Positions 22,827 through 36,010 are shown, numbered from the whole stretch's first letter. The stretch: 47,485 nucleotides of DNA, filler included, from Catajapyx aquilonaris (GCA_000934665.2; 2 parts of 2 records of this genome joined end to end with filler, not necessarily neighbours in it), one strand, 5' to 3'. Numbers and translations: made by a program. The notes: a model not told the origin generated them from the sequence alone.

Positions 22827-23247
22827 TACATACAGCCTCCTGCACCCTTTTAAAATTAACAACTGCTGTTTTGATCATCGCAATACACAATAGATCTAAT
22901 AGCTAGTTATCATTATACTGTAATCATTAAGGATCACTTGTTTCAACAAAATGGCGGCATCAATTGAGTTATAAGTGACTCTGGCATGACGTACAGGACT
23001 AATGATCCAGACACTTTTTTTTACTGTGTGTGTGACATCAGATAATGGAAATATGTGCCCTCCAAAAAGTGATCTAAATGGAGTAGATTCAAAATAGCGG
23101 ACTTGAATTGTGGATAGGTACTGTACGAACAGCTCAGGCTGACACCTTACAAGTAAAACTTACTTATCATAATGTACATGATTTATGGGTGATTTCTCCT
23201 CTGCATATAATATGTCTGAAGAATTTCGAAATTGCAGCTGTAGTATA

Positions 23248-23579
23248 CAGTGCTGGACATATTAGCCGTCGCCGAATGTTTTTTTCCGGCGGCGGCGGCG
23301 GCGTTACCTGGCAACCCTGTCCGGCGGGCCAATTCAAACATCAGCCCATGGAGAGCGCTTCCATTGTTGCCACTGTTTACAAATCGAGTGGGTGAGTGCG
23401 CAGGCAGAAGAGACCTGTCGCTGGGTCGTCCGCCTCACTCACTTGATTTGTAAACAGTGGCAACAATGGAAGCGCTGTCCATGGGCTGATGTTTGAATTG
23501 GCCCGCCGGACAGGGTTGCCAGGTAACGCCGCAGCTGCAGGAAAAAAACAATCAGCGACGGCTAATATGTCCAGCACTG
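23248..23579. mobile_element. Tc1/mariner-type foldback MITE, CAGTGCTGGACA family (332 bp)
   Basis: TA TSD at 23246-23247 and 23580-23581; long near-perfect TIRs. Confidence 0.95.
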
Positions 23580-23704
23580 TACTATTAACCGCAAAGGTAA
23601 TGTTGCAACTGTTTGTGTTTTTGTGTTTGTTATCCTGGGCGCTGCCAGGTTACGGATATGTTTATTTGGCGATGTTCTGGAATCCACAACACTCTGCTCA
23701 GGGG

Positions 23705-23804
23705 NNNNNNNNNNNNNNNNNNNNNNNNNNNNNNNNNNNNNNNNNNNNTTAATTAATTAANNNNNNNNNNNNNNNNNNNNNNNNNNNNNNNNNNNNNNNN
23801 NNNN
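23705..23804. other. Artificial assembly spacer (N44-TTAATTAATTAA-N44)
   Basis: A 100-bp gap with a centred palindrome carrying stop codons in all six frames. Confidence 0.95.
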
Positions 23805-24699
23805 TGGGAGTGAATCCATGGCACCAAAAAAAAAAAAAAAAAAAACACGCCTTTTGCAGTACTTCCGGTTCTTCAAAAACAAGCTTTGCAATTACGTACA
23901 TTAAATGTGAGGCACACAAATTACAAACATATACATTAAAAGTGGACATATCTCACACAATGACCATTATGATTAGGTCTCCCAAAATTACAGCCCCAGG
24001 TGGCAATACTATCAGGACGGTGCTTATGGGCAGCCTATGTCCAAATAGGGCCATGACCCTGCAGAAAGAAGAGGAACTCAACGTGAAGACCACAAACTGA
24101 CGGCAACAGCACGGTATAATCAGAAATTATCAACTCAAATATAAATTATTTTGCCGTAAGAAAGTGATAATGCGAAGCAGATCATCATGGTGGGCCTTCG
24201 ATCAACAATTTCGGTACCATCAACTATTACTTATTAATCCAACCTTGTCCCTTATTACCCTGTGCTGAATTTCAAATGACCGTCACGCTACAGTGTAACA
24301 GACATCGAGGAGAGAACCCGGAAGCAGAACATGGAACATATGAAGAAGGACGCCTGTCGTTAATCACCCGTATTTATGCTACTTGCACAGTAGGTCCGGC
24401 GAGAAATTGAACTCAGATTGAAACAATTGTTGCTGTTTTTAGTACGCTAATCCTACTAATAAAATTGTATTACGGAAGGAGCCTCGAGACACTTTCCGCT
24501 CTTGGCATGTTGTTCATCATGATATTATAAGAAGCAGTAATGTTGACTACTAGTTATAACATTGTTCTGCATTTCCCGGAGTCACAACCCCATATTTTGC
24601 ACTGTGGGATTACTTCATGTTGGAATCCGACATTATAAAATTATCCGCGAGTTTCTTAATTCGTTTATGCTTTCTTCTAATACATCCTTGACTTTATTT

Positions 24700-25125
24700 T
24701 GCAGATTACTGAGAAAGGCACACCAGGAAAAGGCATGTATCACGAAGGGGGGACGTTCCGCAATTGTATGTATATAATGAAACATAAGGACTGACATACT
24801 CCACGTTATATGCATAGGATGCATAAAATTGTGCTAATGCAACAATTGAAATGGAAAAACCGGGTCAGAGCCATCAGAAACATCATCGGCGATGAATTCA
24901 TATTTCCCAGAGTTCGACGTGCGCAGCTGAATCCAGCTACATTCCAGAATCACTGCCAAACGATGAGGACATTACGAGATTTGTAGACCAGGCAAAACGA
25001 TAATGCATTTAATGATTTGCAAAAAGTGGGCCTTACAATATCTGAAGATTGTAACATGACCTTGCCACAAGTGAATATGAACATGTCAGACCCACAGGAT
25101 GAGGATGCTTCTGATGACGAATAAG
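24700..25125 (+). pseudogene. Probable C-terminal exon of a decayed KDZ-type transposase
   Basis: After a TTTTGCAG acceptor it reads LLRKAHQEKACIT and ends in the acidic tail DPQDEDASDDE*. The upstream sequence (24619-24690) is duplicated at 30739-30820, downstream of the KDZ-like region. Confidence 0.3.
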
Positions 25126-26249
25126 CCATGGTAGGATCCTCATTGGAGACTGAATGTGATGATAATGTTTACAACATGTTACGAATGTTTTAACACTGGA
25201 GGACCAAATTCAAGGAGTGCCAAGGAGTAATCAAGAGTGAGGTACCGGAGGAGTACCAGGGAGTACCACTCGCAGGTGTACACCGGAGTACCGAAGTGGT
25301 TACCCCCTTGACTTTTCCAGGTACCGGTAGTGACTACGTCCTCGGGAAAAACCATGTATTGTAAAGCGCATACATTATCACTATTCCAGTCTTACAGTTT
25401 CGAATGAAGACACGCCTCTGAGTTATAACACACGACAACACTGGCATCACTCTATGTGAAAGGCAGCAAGATGTAAAAGTTCGCAATGAACTGATTGAAC
25501 CACGTAACTTATACGTATGTGACTGCACTACGGATATATTGGGGGACGCATTGTAGCAGAGAAATATGAGGTAACCACCCATGTGGGGATGTCCAAGAGT
25601 TGGCTTATGCCGTGATAACCAAGCCAAAAGGAGGGAAGAGAAAAGAGGCCGAAAGAGGCAGAGGCGATTGAAGTCCATCAGTTATAATATTCGTCTCAAT
25701 CCTGCCTCATCGGAATGCCCCAGCAACGTGTTACGCGGCAGAAGACGTCTGTGGAGGACGGGATGTTGATATCCGTTTACTCCCAGCCTTTTGAGCGAGG
25801 ACGTCACGGTATGACGTCACATTTAGGACGTTGAAGTTGAGGAGGACCTCAAGGCAAAAATGCCAAGCGACGGGAATGCGTCACATGCCAGTGACTATTG
25901 AACAGTACGTAAAATGACAGGAAGTATTTTACTAGTGAAGTGGTTCAAATGAGTACCGGAACACAGAAAACACTTGCACAACACAGAATATATTGTGACG
26001 TAATGTGATGCAACAAGGTATGCAAATGACAAATTAATGATCAATCAATTCAAAAATGGATACTTTCCGGATACAAGTCTTTTTTTGACGTCTTCAGAAG
26101 GTGAAGGGCACAGGATGACTGGTTTTGTCGCTCTCAGGCTTTTCCCTTCAGCCTCACACATGCGCCTGAAGATTTCGACTGCAAATGCAAATGCACACTG
26201 AAGAAGCTGTTAACCAGCTGTTAACTTTTGATCTGTCAGCATGGTTCAC

Positions 26250-26923
26250 ACTCCCGAGATCGATGACCATCGATTGTCCCCCTTCCCCGCAGAAGAAGCA
26301 GACAGTCTCCATCTTCAACTGTCCATCTTCCTCCATCCGACTGGACACCTTCAGCCTGAGGGCACTGGCAGGGGTAGAGGTCAGCACTCGATGGACCTCT
26401 CCCTCCTCCACAAGAAGCGATGCTGACCTCCGAGGGAAGTGGATGAGGCAAGGGTCGTCGAGTGGACTGACCTTGAAGGCGGTGGACATGACCAGTTGTG
26501 GGAGGGAGGCCGGGGAGGAGGAGGTGCAGGGTGCAGACAGAGTATGACCAGGCGGAGGTGACGAAGAGGTCAGCTTGACCCTTGAGCCAGGGGTAGTCTG
26601 TGGAGTGTGGGAAGGAGGTCTTCCGGAGGGAGAAGGACGGGAGGTACTTATCCGAGTTACCTTTGAGAAGAGGCCTCCACAGTCCCTCCCAGACGCTCGA
26701 TGACCCGACGAGGTCAGTGGACAGGACCAGGCCGCATCCCCGCATGTCCTCCCTCGTGTCCAGGACGTCCCTCACCAGTCTGGACACTGCCCACCACTCT
26801 CCTTCCTCCCCACTTCCTCCCCGCCTTTTCTATCAGACCAGACACGTTCTTCCCAGATGATGTGTGGCCACCAAACATGCCCATGGCCACCGAGCAAATG
26901 ACCAGCACTTGCAACCCGGACAT
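26250..26923 (-). pseudogene. Frameshifted, truncated N-terminal fragment resembling a divergent ionotropic receptor (IR)
   Basis: GC-rich and intronless. Signal-peptide-like MSGLQVLVICSVAMGMFGG, then (frameshift) AVSRLVRDVLDTREDMRGCGLVLSTD...AWSYSVCTLHLLL, then (frameshift) VHRVLTSTPASALRLKV...METVCFFCGEGGQSMVIDLG. Confidence 0.45.
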
Positions 26924-27588
26924 GTTTCACCCGCCAACTGACCAAAGAGGCCCAAAGACACTCGCCCCCACAGACTACCCCTAAATTTTTGTTTACCAAG
27001 TAATTGCAGCAATTGCCTAGCCATGCGCGCCTTCTATTGACACTAATTCAAACGCTTTTGTGCATGGGAGGACGATTGCATCAGTCAATGCCCTGGGAAA
27101 TGAATAACCCGTAGTTGTGAACCATGTTAGTCGATATTATGTTTGATCCTGCCCCTTATTTGTCAGTCAACTGTACACCCAGTATGAACAATTGTTGGAA
27201 TCGACTGGACGAGGCAAATACCCCGCCGTATCTGATTAAGTGGAAATGGAACACTGTACTGTACATGCAGGGTGTAATAGTGTAAATAGTACTATAGTTA
27301 GACATGGGGCTAATATAGATATAAAAATGCATAAGGACGTCTCCGTTTACATGACTCGCCTGTCTCTTGGACTGACCTTCATGATGTTTGCCCCACAAAT
27401 TACTTGCTACTCGTGTCACAATATTAGTAGAATATGTCTTTGTAAAAATATATACCAGCCAACCGAATTACGTGTTGGTCTAGAAGTGGTTCGGTGGTAG
27501 TGAGCGGCAGCTCAAAGAGTAATCTACCTTGCATTGCGCATACAATGTAAGATTGGGTTTCGGGATAAAACGTAACTTCATTCCTAGT

Positions 27589-27953
27589 ACTCTGACCGTG
27601 AAGTTGTGGATTTTTTTCCACCGCAAACTGGACGACCACCTTTTCCACATGTACAGAAACAGCCATCACTGACCTAAAACACCTACTCGATATAGCTCCA
27701 AACGACTCATGAAGGTGGCCTCAGGGTGCAACACACTGAAATAAAGCAACAGTCTGAACCTGACAGAAGCTCAGCTGAAGAATCTTGCTGGAACCAAGGA
27801 GGGAGACGCTACATGGAAACCAATTTGTACATGCGAAGGCGTCTTGTACCAAAATTGCAAGTGAGGGACTCGTTCGAGATGACAAGGAGAAGGATCATTT
27901 TTTGGACATAATGGGGATCACTACCAATTTGCTCAGTGTGCTTGCGATTACAT
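27589..27953 (+). repeat. Direct repeat copy A (copy B at 29065-29393)
   Basis: ACTCTGACCGTGAAGTTGTGGA...GATTACAT is shared, with small indels. Confidence 0.92.
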
Positions 27954-29064
27954 GCAATTTCGGAATCAAAACGGAATCAACAAATTGATTGAAGCTATTA
28001 CTCATCTACAGGCATGCTACCCAATTCAAATGACAGGGTGCTGGTGAAATGTCGAGTTTTACCACCAACCAGTCTTGATAAGCTGATGTTGGGCAGTAAG
28101 ATGGGGAAAGAGCAAACACACAAGAAACTACTGGTAAACAATGAGGTGAGAGGCAACCTAAGGCAGATATCTGGACGTATACCTCTTCTTGGATGCCATA
28201 CCAACATTACTAGTGACTTGAACTGTACGGAGAAAAGGGTGACTGCATGCACTACTACGGTCTACGGATATATTGGGGGACGCATTGTAGCAGAGAAATA
28301 TGAGGTAACTACCCATGTGGAGATGTCCAAGAGTTTGGCTTATGCCGTGATAAGCAAGCCAAAAGATTGCAACAAGGTCACAACCTGCAAAACGACGCAA
28401 CAAGAAAAATGTTCATGCTTGAGCACGTAGCAGTACTCTGAAGCGTCGAGAGTATCCAATCCTTCCGAAGAGTCAACATCCAAAGATGCAGTGCCCAATG
28501 CAACTATTATGCAATGTGATCATCGTATGATCAACACATTACGTTATGATAGGACATGATGCGATTTTCGAATATCAAACAATCATAAAGTACAACAATG
28601 GGGCAGGGTGTGCCTATTGCATAAACCAAAAGGATGCAATTCGAATTAAAAGTAATCCCTGCGGCATGACCAGAAGCTGGCATCCGACTGTTAGCAGGCC
28701 CTCACTGGGGAAGGATGTCCCAAAGCATTACAAGACAAAATGGCCGGACAGCAAAAGACGACAAGGCCAGCGTGAACATACTGCATATGCTTGAATTCAT
28801 GTGGCGTACAGCCGGTGTGTGAAGTAATATTTCTGTACCATTTTATGCAAATTTTATACATTAATGCAAACAAATCTTATATGGCATTTGCCACCTGATA
28901 AAGAGTGTGCGTAACAACATGCTAAAATATGACACTGTCTTGGACAATACCGTCGTGTCATAGTGACATATCACGCGAAGTGCAAGACCCCGATTGCAGA
29001 AAACCAAAACAACGTGTGAATAATTTTGGTGATTTTTTTACTATACATTTAACATAGTGCACAG

Positions 29065-29393
29065 ACTCTGACCGTGAAGTTGTGGAATTTTTTCCATCGC
29101 AAACTGGACGACCACCTTTTCCACATGTACAGAAACAGCCAGACCTAAAAAAACCTACTCGATATAGCTCCAAACGACTCATGAAGGTGGCCTGAGGGTG
29201 CAACACACTGAACCTGACAGAAGCTCAGCTCAGCTGAAGAATCTTGCTGGAACCAAGGAGGAGACTCTACATGCGAAGGCGTCTTGTACCAAAATTACAA
29301 GTCAGGGACTCGCTCGAGAGGACAAGGAGAAGGATCATTTTCTGGGCATAATGGGCATCACTACCTATTTGCTCAGTATGCTTGAGATTACAT
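29065..29393 (+). repeat. Direct repeat copy B (copy A at 27589-27953)
   Basis: Same sequence as copy A, with several short deletions. Confidence 0.92.
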
Positions 29394-31109
29394 TTAGGAA
29401 ATACATTGTTCCATTTCGGGTACACATGTATTCAAAGAACCATAGGACTTGAACCCTCAATTCCCACCTTGAAGGAATTTCTCCAGGAACTGGAGGCTAT
29501 GAGGGAGCACGATGAAGAAGAAAAGTTAGACAAAATAATGGAGGACCTGTTCATCCCCTGGATAGAGGGTCACATCAAGACGCTCACATCAGACACTACT
29601 ACTCGTACGGCAATCTACACCCAACGAAGGCTGACAATAAGCAGATAATGCCAAAACCAACATCCAAGTACAGCATATGGCCAGACTTGTAAGGTGTCTG
29701 CCAAGCTTCAACAGTAGAAGGATTTTAACGCAACATTTTTCGGCCATGATTACCTGATCCGCGATCACCGCATTCAAAACTTTCTACATTGTTAATAAAG
29801 GTTATTATGAATTCCCAGTACATAATATGGTGTGGTGGTTACAAATCTTCTTGGCCTGACTTGGACTATTGTACACTTTACAATATTGCCTCACACCATT
29901 TAATATTCATAATGTTTTATAAAAATGTGACATGGACAAGTGGAAGAAACAGATGTCCATTTATAACGACGTGGTAAGACTCTACCACCACATAGCAAAG
30001 AACAGCAAGGCGTCCTTTTCAACTGCAACCAGCAAAAGAGAGAAAAAAAAGAAGTTAAGTATTACTATGAACTTAAGCCTATACCTTAAATCCTTAAAAC
30101 AGTACCAGACCAAATGGACCCCATCAACCTTCCCCCATCCTCCCATTCACCCCCGCCCCAAAAGAAAAAAAAAAAGAGGAGAGCAGGGAAGAAGGTGCGT
30201 GAACGCATCATTCGGGCCATAACTCGAAAGAAGGCTTTGGTAGACCGGTACACGGCGTGTACAGGCAGCAATCGACCCAAAGCTGTGGAAGTATCAGCAA
30301 CACTGCAGCAGCCCGATGCAGTATGCTTGATATACCGTATAAATTAATAACAATCATACAACCATGCACCTCCCGGCATCCGGAGGCTTCGATGACAAAT
30401 AGTCACTGTTGACCAACATATAACATATTCTCTGATCTAGTCCAAATAAAATATTCATTAGAAGTCCCGAAAGAGGTACACAACGATACGAATTAATCGG
30501 AGTTCATACTTGTGCATTAATGATACTCATATTCTGACCACTTCCGAAACCGGAAACAAACCAACATCGTATGAAAACCCACAATGACATTAGAAAATCT
30601 CCCCACGCCAATTGTTTTATCTTGATAAAGGCTAATTAAAATATTGCGCAATAATACTTAAACAGGATGTTCCAACTATAAGGAGGAACTAGTGTTGCAA
30701 AATAAATCGACATAATAATTTTAAAAGGAAATCAGCAAGTTGGAATCCGACATTATAGGATTACACATGCTTTATTTCTTCAGAAGTTTATACTTTCTTC
30801 TAATTATCTAATACAAACTTGATGTTCAATTTTCATCATGTAACCATCACATTATTTGTCCATATTGTTACAGAGCCGCACACTTTTAGCACTGCCAGTG
30901 GCATCCTTGCTACTGCCACATCATCCAAATTAGCCAATGATGAGCCAAAATTCTGGTCATACTTTTGTCAAGTAACTTACTGTATGTAGAAGAGGTCGAC
31001 CAGAGATTGATTTGGAGCACGCCAGCAGCAGCAGGGGCGGGCAATCAAATTAAACGAGATATGCCTTCAACCGCACATTTCCGGTGCAACATAATGGCGT
31101 GAACAGCTA

Positions 31110-31290
31110 CAACAAATACCAGCTACATTACTCAAAATAGCTTTTAAGACGTTCAAATCTACGCGAGATTCACAGACGGTTGGTGGCAGTGTGTGGGGAG
31201 AATTCACCGTCACAAAAAACGTGTACAACTGGCTGGATAAACGGCCGCACGACATACAACAAACCTCGGAAAAGAAGACCAACCACGACT
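31110..31290 (+). pseudogene. mariner (Mos1-type) transposase N-terminal HTH remnant
   Basis: EIHRRLVAVCGENSPSQKT/VYNW...GRTTYNKPRKRRPTT fits the consensus EIH..L..VYGE......V..W...F..GR.....PR.GRP.T. Confidence 0.75.
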
Positions 31291-34200
31291 TTTCAAGTGC
31301 AGAGTAAGAACCTGCACATTTGTGATAATACGTATCTTGACAGCAATATTGTCGTCGAAATATAATATAATATCACTGACTTATTGACACTGTTACACTG
31401 ACACGTTATCGCGTTGAACCCCTTCTTGAGTCGGCAGGAGTTGGCCGAGATTTAGTAGGCAGCACTACGGAAGAACCTCACAGGGCACATCAAGACCCTT
31501 GCAATGCGGTCCATGTTTCGAAGGTATACAAAAGGTATTTCGAATAGGTAACTGTCACCTTACATAACGTAATAGCAGGGCTATAGCAAGGGTTGGTCCA
31601 TGTGCCTCCCCCTCCCCATCTACTCTCTGCATTATTCTTGAGCAGTGCACCAAAATATAATAAACATAACCCAGGGGATGCAACCTGGGGAACATGGTGC
31701 CATTATTATATCAGATCCCAAAAGAAAGAAATGCAATGTTTTTGTGCCTCAAACTCTTGAGAGGAATTTTTCTCCAATAAAAAAAAAAAAAGGTAGTCCT
31801 AAACAACGTACGGTACTGGTTTTAATTGAATCATGTCTTCTTTCATGATGCATGGTTATTGATCGACTCTCACTACACAAGGCCTCTGGTGACCCCAGTG
31901 GTTGTCTACACCATTAAGTGACGCACGTTAACCCGTCTCATTAAGCGTTAATCGAACTCAAAGGAAAATGTTTCAGCCACAAATGACTGGGACAAGACAA
32001 TAGTACGAACAATTACTACCAGGTTGCAAGTCAGCGTTTGCGAATACACAGGAGCAACTGCCACTCTACATGATAAAGGCCCTTCCATACATGTACATTG
32101 TTGCCAATATTATAGACTCGGTGCCACTCTAGTTACCCAAATGCTGCATGTACTCCCAGAAAAAGGATTATCCTGATGATGGAAGACACCCAAATACGAA
32201 GCCTTATCCGAATGACTCTTTTACAGACTGTAATATTTACAGGGAGGTGTGCAGGTGTTGGTGCAAGTGATACTGGATGTATGTGAAACTGTATGTTTGT
32301 TTTGCTAGTGTCGTCTATCTCATCATCATTACCACTCCTTTGCACATTCTACATAAAGACATCCGAAAAATTGCAGCAATCACATCAAACACAGCTGACG
32401 AAAGCGGCTTATGACGACGATGACAACTGTTGTCATATCAAATGAAGTACAGGCCTATTAAACAAGCATGAATTGCATTGGGCAAATAAATTATCGTGGT
32501 AAATTATTACGTACTATAAGTGTTTCATGCATCAAAGATTTTTCACAGATTAACCCAAATAACAACGCATCGTGACAAATATGAATTAAGTAGACTACAA
32601 GCGGTGGTAGTAGTATCGGTGCAAAGAAAAATAAAAGCAAGATTGAAGTAGAGGTGGGACATCCTTGAAACGCAGTAACCTACCCTCACCTGTCATCTTC
32701 CAGCCAACGACAGAGAAGAACCCAGATCACTGACAAAGACGTAAAGAAGGGTGACAGGATAAGTGTCGTCCAATTGGTCCAATACACGGTACGACTCCCG
32801 GCCATCATTAAAATGCGAGTCTACAAAGTAACGGATTGTAACACGAATCATGCTGGGCTTTTATGACCTCGGCTGTACCGAGCACTGACACACAATCAAT
32901 CCAAATAATGAGCAGAAATCAGCCACTAACAGGCAAAACCCCAACAGTCTGAATTGTGAGTGTACAGAGACGCACAAATAGACAGAATACCACTCGAAAT
33001 ACTTTTACTGGAATGTATTCTCAAGCCGAAAAGCAAGGTCAAATAAGCAACATTCATGACCGCCTAAGGAAGTCCTGGTCCTCATCAAAATATATACACA
33101 ACATTTTTGATTCACGAGACCAATAATTAAGGGGAGGTCCGTAGGACAGAGGAAGTGTGGCTACAGTTTTATATAGGGACATTAATACATTATTAAAGCA
33201 GCCTGAAAGTATAGTACATGTACAGTATCACTGAAAAGGAATCTTCAGAGCAGAATTCTTCATAGACGATTGCAATTAGAATTAGGACAATAAGCAATAT
33301 GTTTCATTGTGATAGGTTGCTCTCACACGTTGCCAGTTCCATCTGACGTGTATTTTATCATCGTCGGTGGTAGTTTCTATGGACAACTACTTGACAACAG
33401 TATATGATGCAATACCACCAGAAGAGGATCTTGGCAAATGCAGCACCAGGCCTCTCCCTATTTTTACAAAAACATGCTACATTTATGTGGACTTCAGGCG
33501 ACAAAATGAGTACAGGGCATATAAATAACTACAGAAACGTAATGACGCCCAAATGGTAATATTATGTATACATCTACTCTACCAGTCATGACGGGGATGC
33601 AGGTGACAGAGGTGAAACTCCTTTGAATACATAAATACCACACGGTGATTCCACCAACAAATGGTGGAGTCAGTAAAAAGGCAACTGCAATCAAGGAGCA
33701 GCAGCATCCTATGTCCACCCAGAGGAGAGAATGTCGTTAGTTCCATGCATCATTCCATTGGATGTGAAGGGACACCCGAAGACATGGTTTCCTTTTCCAG
33801 AATTGACATAAGGGCTACATGGCCCACACACTGTTGCACTATTTCACCTTCTACAAAGATTACTACATGAGCTCAGTAGAGAGTTAGTCTTGTGTACATG
33901 AGGAGTGTGACATTCATGCAATTGACAGGATTACGGGCCACTTCAAGTTCCGTCATGAGACATGAATCACGTCAAAAAAACAAGTTAGCGACGGAAGGTC
34001 ACGAGACCTCATTGGCCAATGCGCAGCTGCACACAGCCAATGACCAGAAGCTTACAACAACGTTACGACGCTATGGCATTGAAGAATTACGACCGCCACA
34101 GACTGGCAGGGAAGTACATATCAGCATGAACGAATAATTTAATCCCCGCAATGTTGACCAGTATCGTACCGAATATAACAAGGAGGAGAATTTTCAGGGT

Positions 34201-35849
34201 ACTCCCATACTATTCATCACAATTTGCTGCTATGAGACAGCACAAAAGACACTCGCTGATTACCTACTAACTTATTCAGACGCACGTAGAACACACTGTT
34301 TAATAATATCAGGATATGTTTGAAAAATAACTTGTCAAAAAATACTGAAAACAAGTGAGTCTTTCCTCTGCTGTTTTGGATGAGTCACGCTAAATAAAAA
34401 CAAATGTAGAGACCATCAGTGTGCAATATTTGCTAGGAATGTCAATTACTGCCGTCAAATTAATGCCAGTATCACTTGCTCAAGACTTGATATCAAATTT
34501 CGAGAACATTTACCCAGATAATGTTCATAACTACATGTAGTTTATTGAGTCACCTGTCCAACCAGAGAAATACCTTCATTGGAGAGGGACCATAAAGGAG
34601 TCCTACAGGAAATATATGGACAAGCGAAATAAGAAAAGTGCGCAATGCGACCAAGTTGCTCTGTGGCACATGGTCAGCAACAAAATTTAACATTTGACAA
34701 AACATGAGTGATTCAGGCCAAAGAGAGCAACTCAGCTGAAGCCCTGGAAATAAACACAAAAGGCATTAAACTAATTAGCATTATACGAGTATGTATTAGA
34801 ATCCAACGTCGCGTCGTCGGTGATTAAGTTAGTATACACCTCGGAAACCAACATTCCCAATTATTCTCCTTGCTTTTAGGATCGGAAACATTAATAACCG
34901 GCATGTTAAGCTTTCAAGTTTTGTTTCGTACTTTGTGATTTCATCAACAAACTCATTCAAACACAAAAATGTGTCACTGACCACTGTGTATCTTCCTATT
35001 GCAGCCATATTGGCTACGTTTTGAAAACACTAATTCAAATAAGAGAAGGGGCTGATTCACATGTAAAACTTTCAGTGAAGGAGACCTACAGAGTCACATT
35101 TATATCATCAATAAACAATATATTACTCTCACAGGCATAATTACAACCCGGATAAAAGTGACTACACATGTCCTTCAGAATGAATAATGGGTGCCAAGAG
35201 GACCCGGCAAAAAAAAAAAAAAAAAAACATTATTCACAAGAAACAAGAAACATAACACGTGCTCGCATCCTACCCATCACCATATCGTAAAAACGCATAT
35301 GACGTAAACGAAAACACTATGGAAAGACAGGTCAACGGGAGACATGAGCAATGGTGTGATCCAAAAATATCCTGAGGATTTCCTTTAGTTTGAAATCATC
35401 TCATGTAGATAGACATGCACAATCACCCTGAACAAAGACCGTGGCAATAACTGTGTACTGTCTACTCTCTAGTGTGTACATGACGAAACCGGACGAATTT
35501 GTGTAACACTTTTCTTTAACTCCAGGTGATCTTGCATATTTTGATTTCATAGTATTCCTCCCCACAGATTTTTCACGCTAAATTCTCTGTTCGACCTTTC
35601 TAACGTTTGAAGCACAAAATGTAATACATTATGTAAAATATTGCGACAAAAATGCAGAAACTCAGTCGAAACAGAGGACGCCCAAATTGTGTGCACAACT
35701 CAACTGAACCATGACACAATAACATGAATTTTTATCACATGCAACACTGTGACATGCCTCAATTAACACTTCTACCATAACCTGCAGTACATGTTTCGTG
35801 GGTATGCACAGGGCCCACGCCTGGACCTCACTCTACCAGGAGTCCCTGT

Positions 35850-36010
35850 GACACGAAATGTATTGGAGAAGGCCTTTGGTGTTCTGAAGAAGAGGTTCCC
35901 AGCTAACAGCTTGGACTGCGGACAAATCTGGACAACTTCAAGGCTATCATTGTCGCAGTTGTGGTGCCGCATAACATTGGAATTCAGCAAGGAGACTACT
36001 GGCGAGTACA
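35850..36010 (+). pseudogene. Harbinger (HARBI1-like) transposase C-terminal fragment
   Basis: TRNVLEKAFGVLKKRFP...IIVAVVVPHNIGIQQGD. Confidence 0.8.

Larger units (their letters stand above)
27240..30350 (+). mobile_element. Heavily decayed, internally duplicated KDZ (Kyakuja-Dileera-Zisupton)-like transposase region
   Basis: Motifs read across frameshifts: FGLCRDKQAK (28333-28362), FHRKLDDHLFHMYRN (two copies), and AGKKVRERIIRAITRKKALVDRY (30183-30251), in the order expected for KDZ proteins. Confidence 0.45.

Noticed and set aside
18531..23752. Recurring similar short ORFs (e.g. MLDILAVAECFFPAAAA...) as a peptide gene family
   Set aside because: They are translations of the palindromic MITE arms on both strands.
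23749..23760. Biological palindrome or piggyBac TTAA site
   Set aside because: It is centred in an N gap and is an assembly linker.
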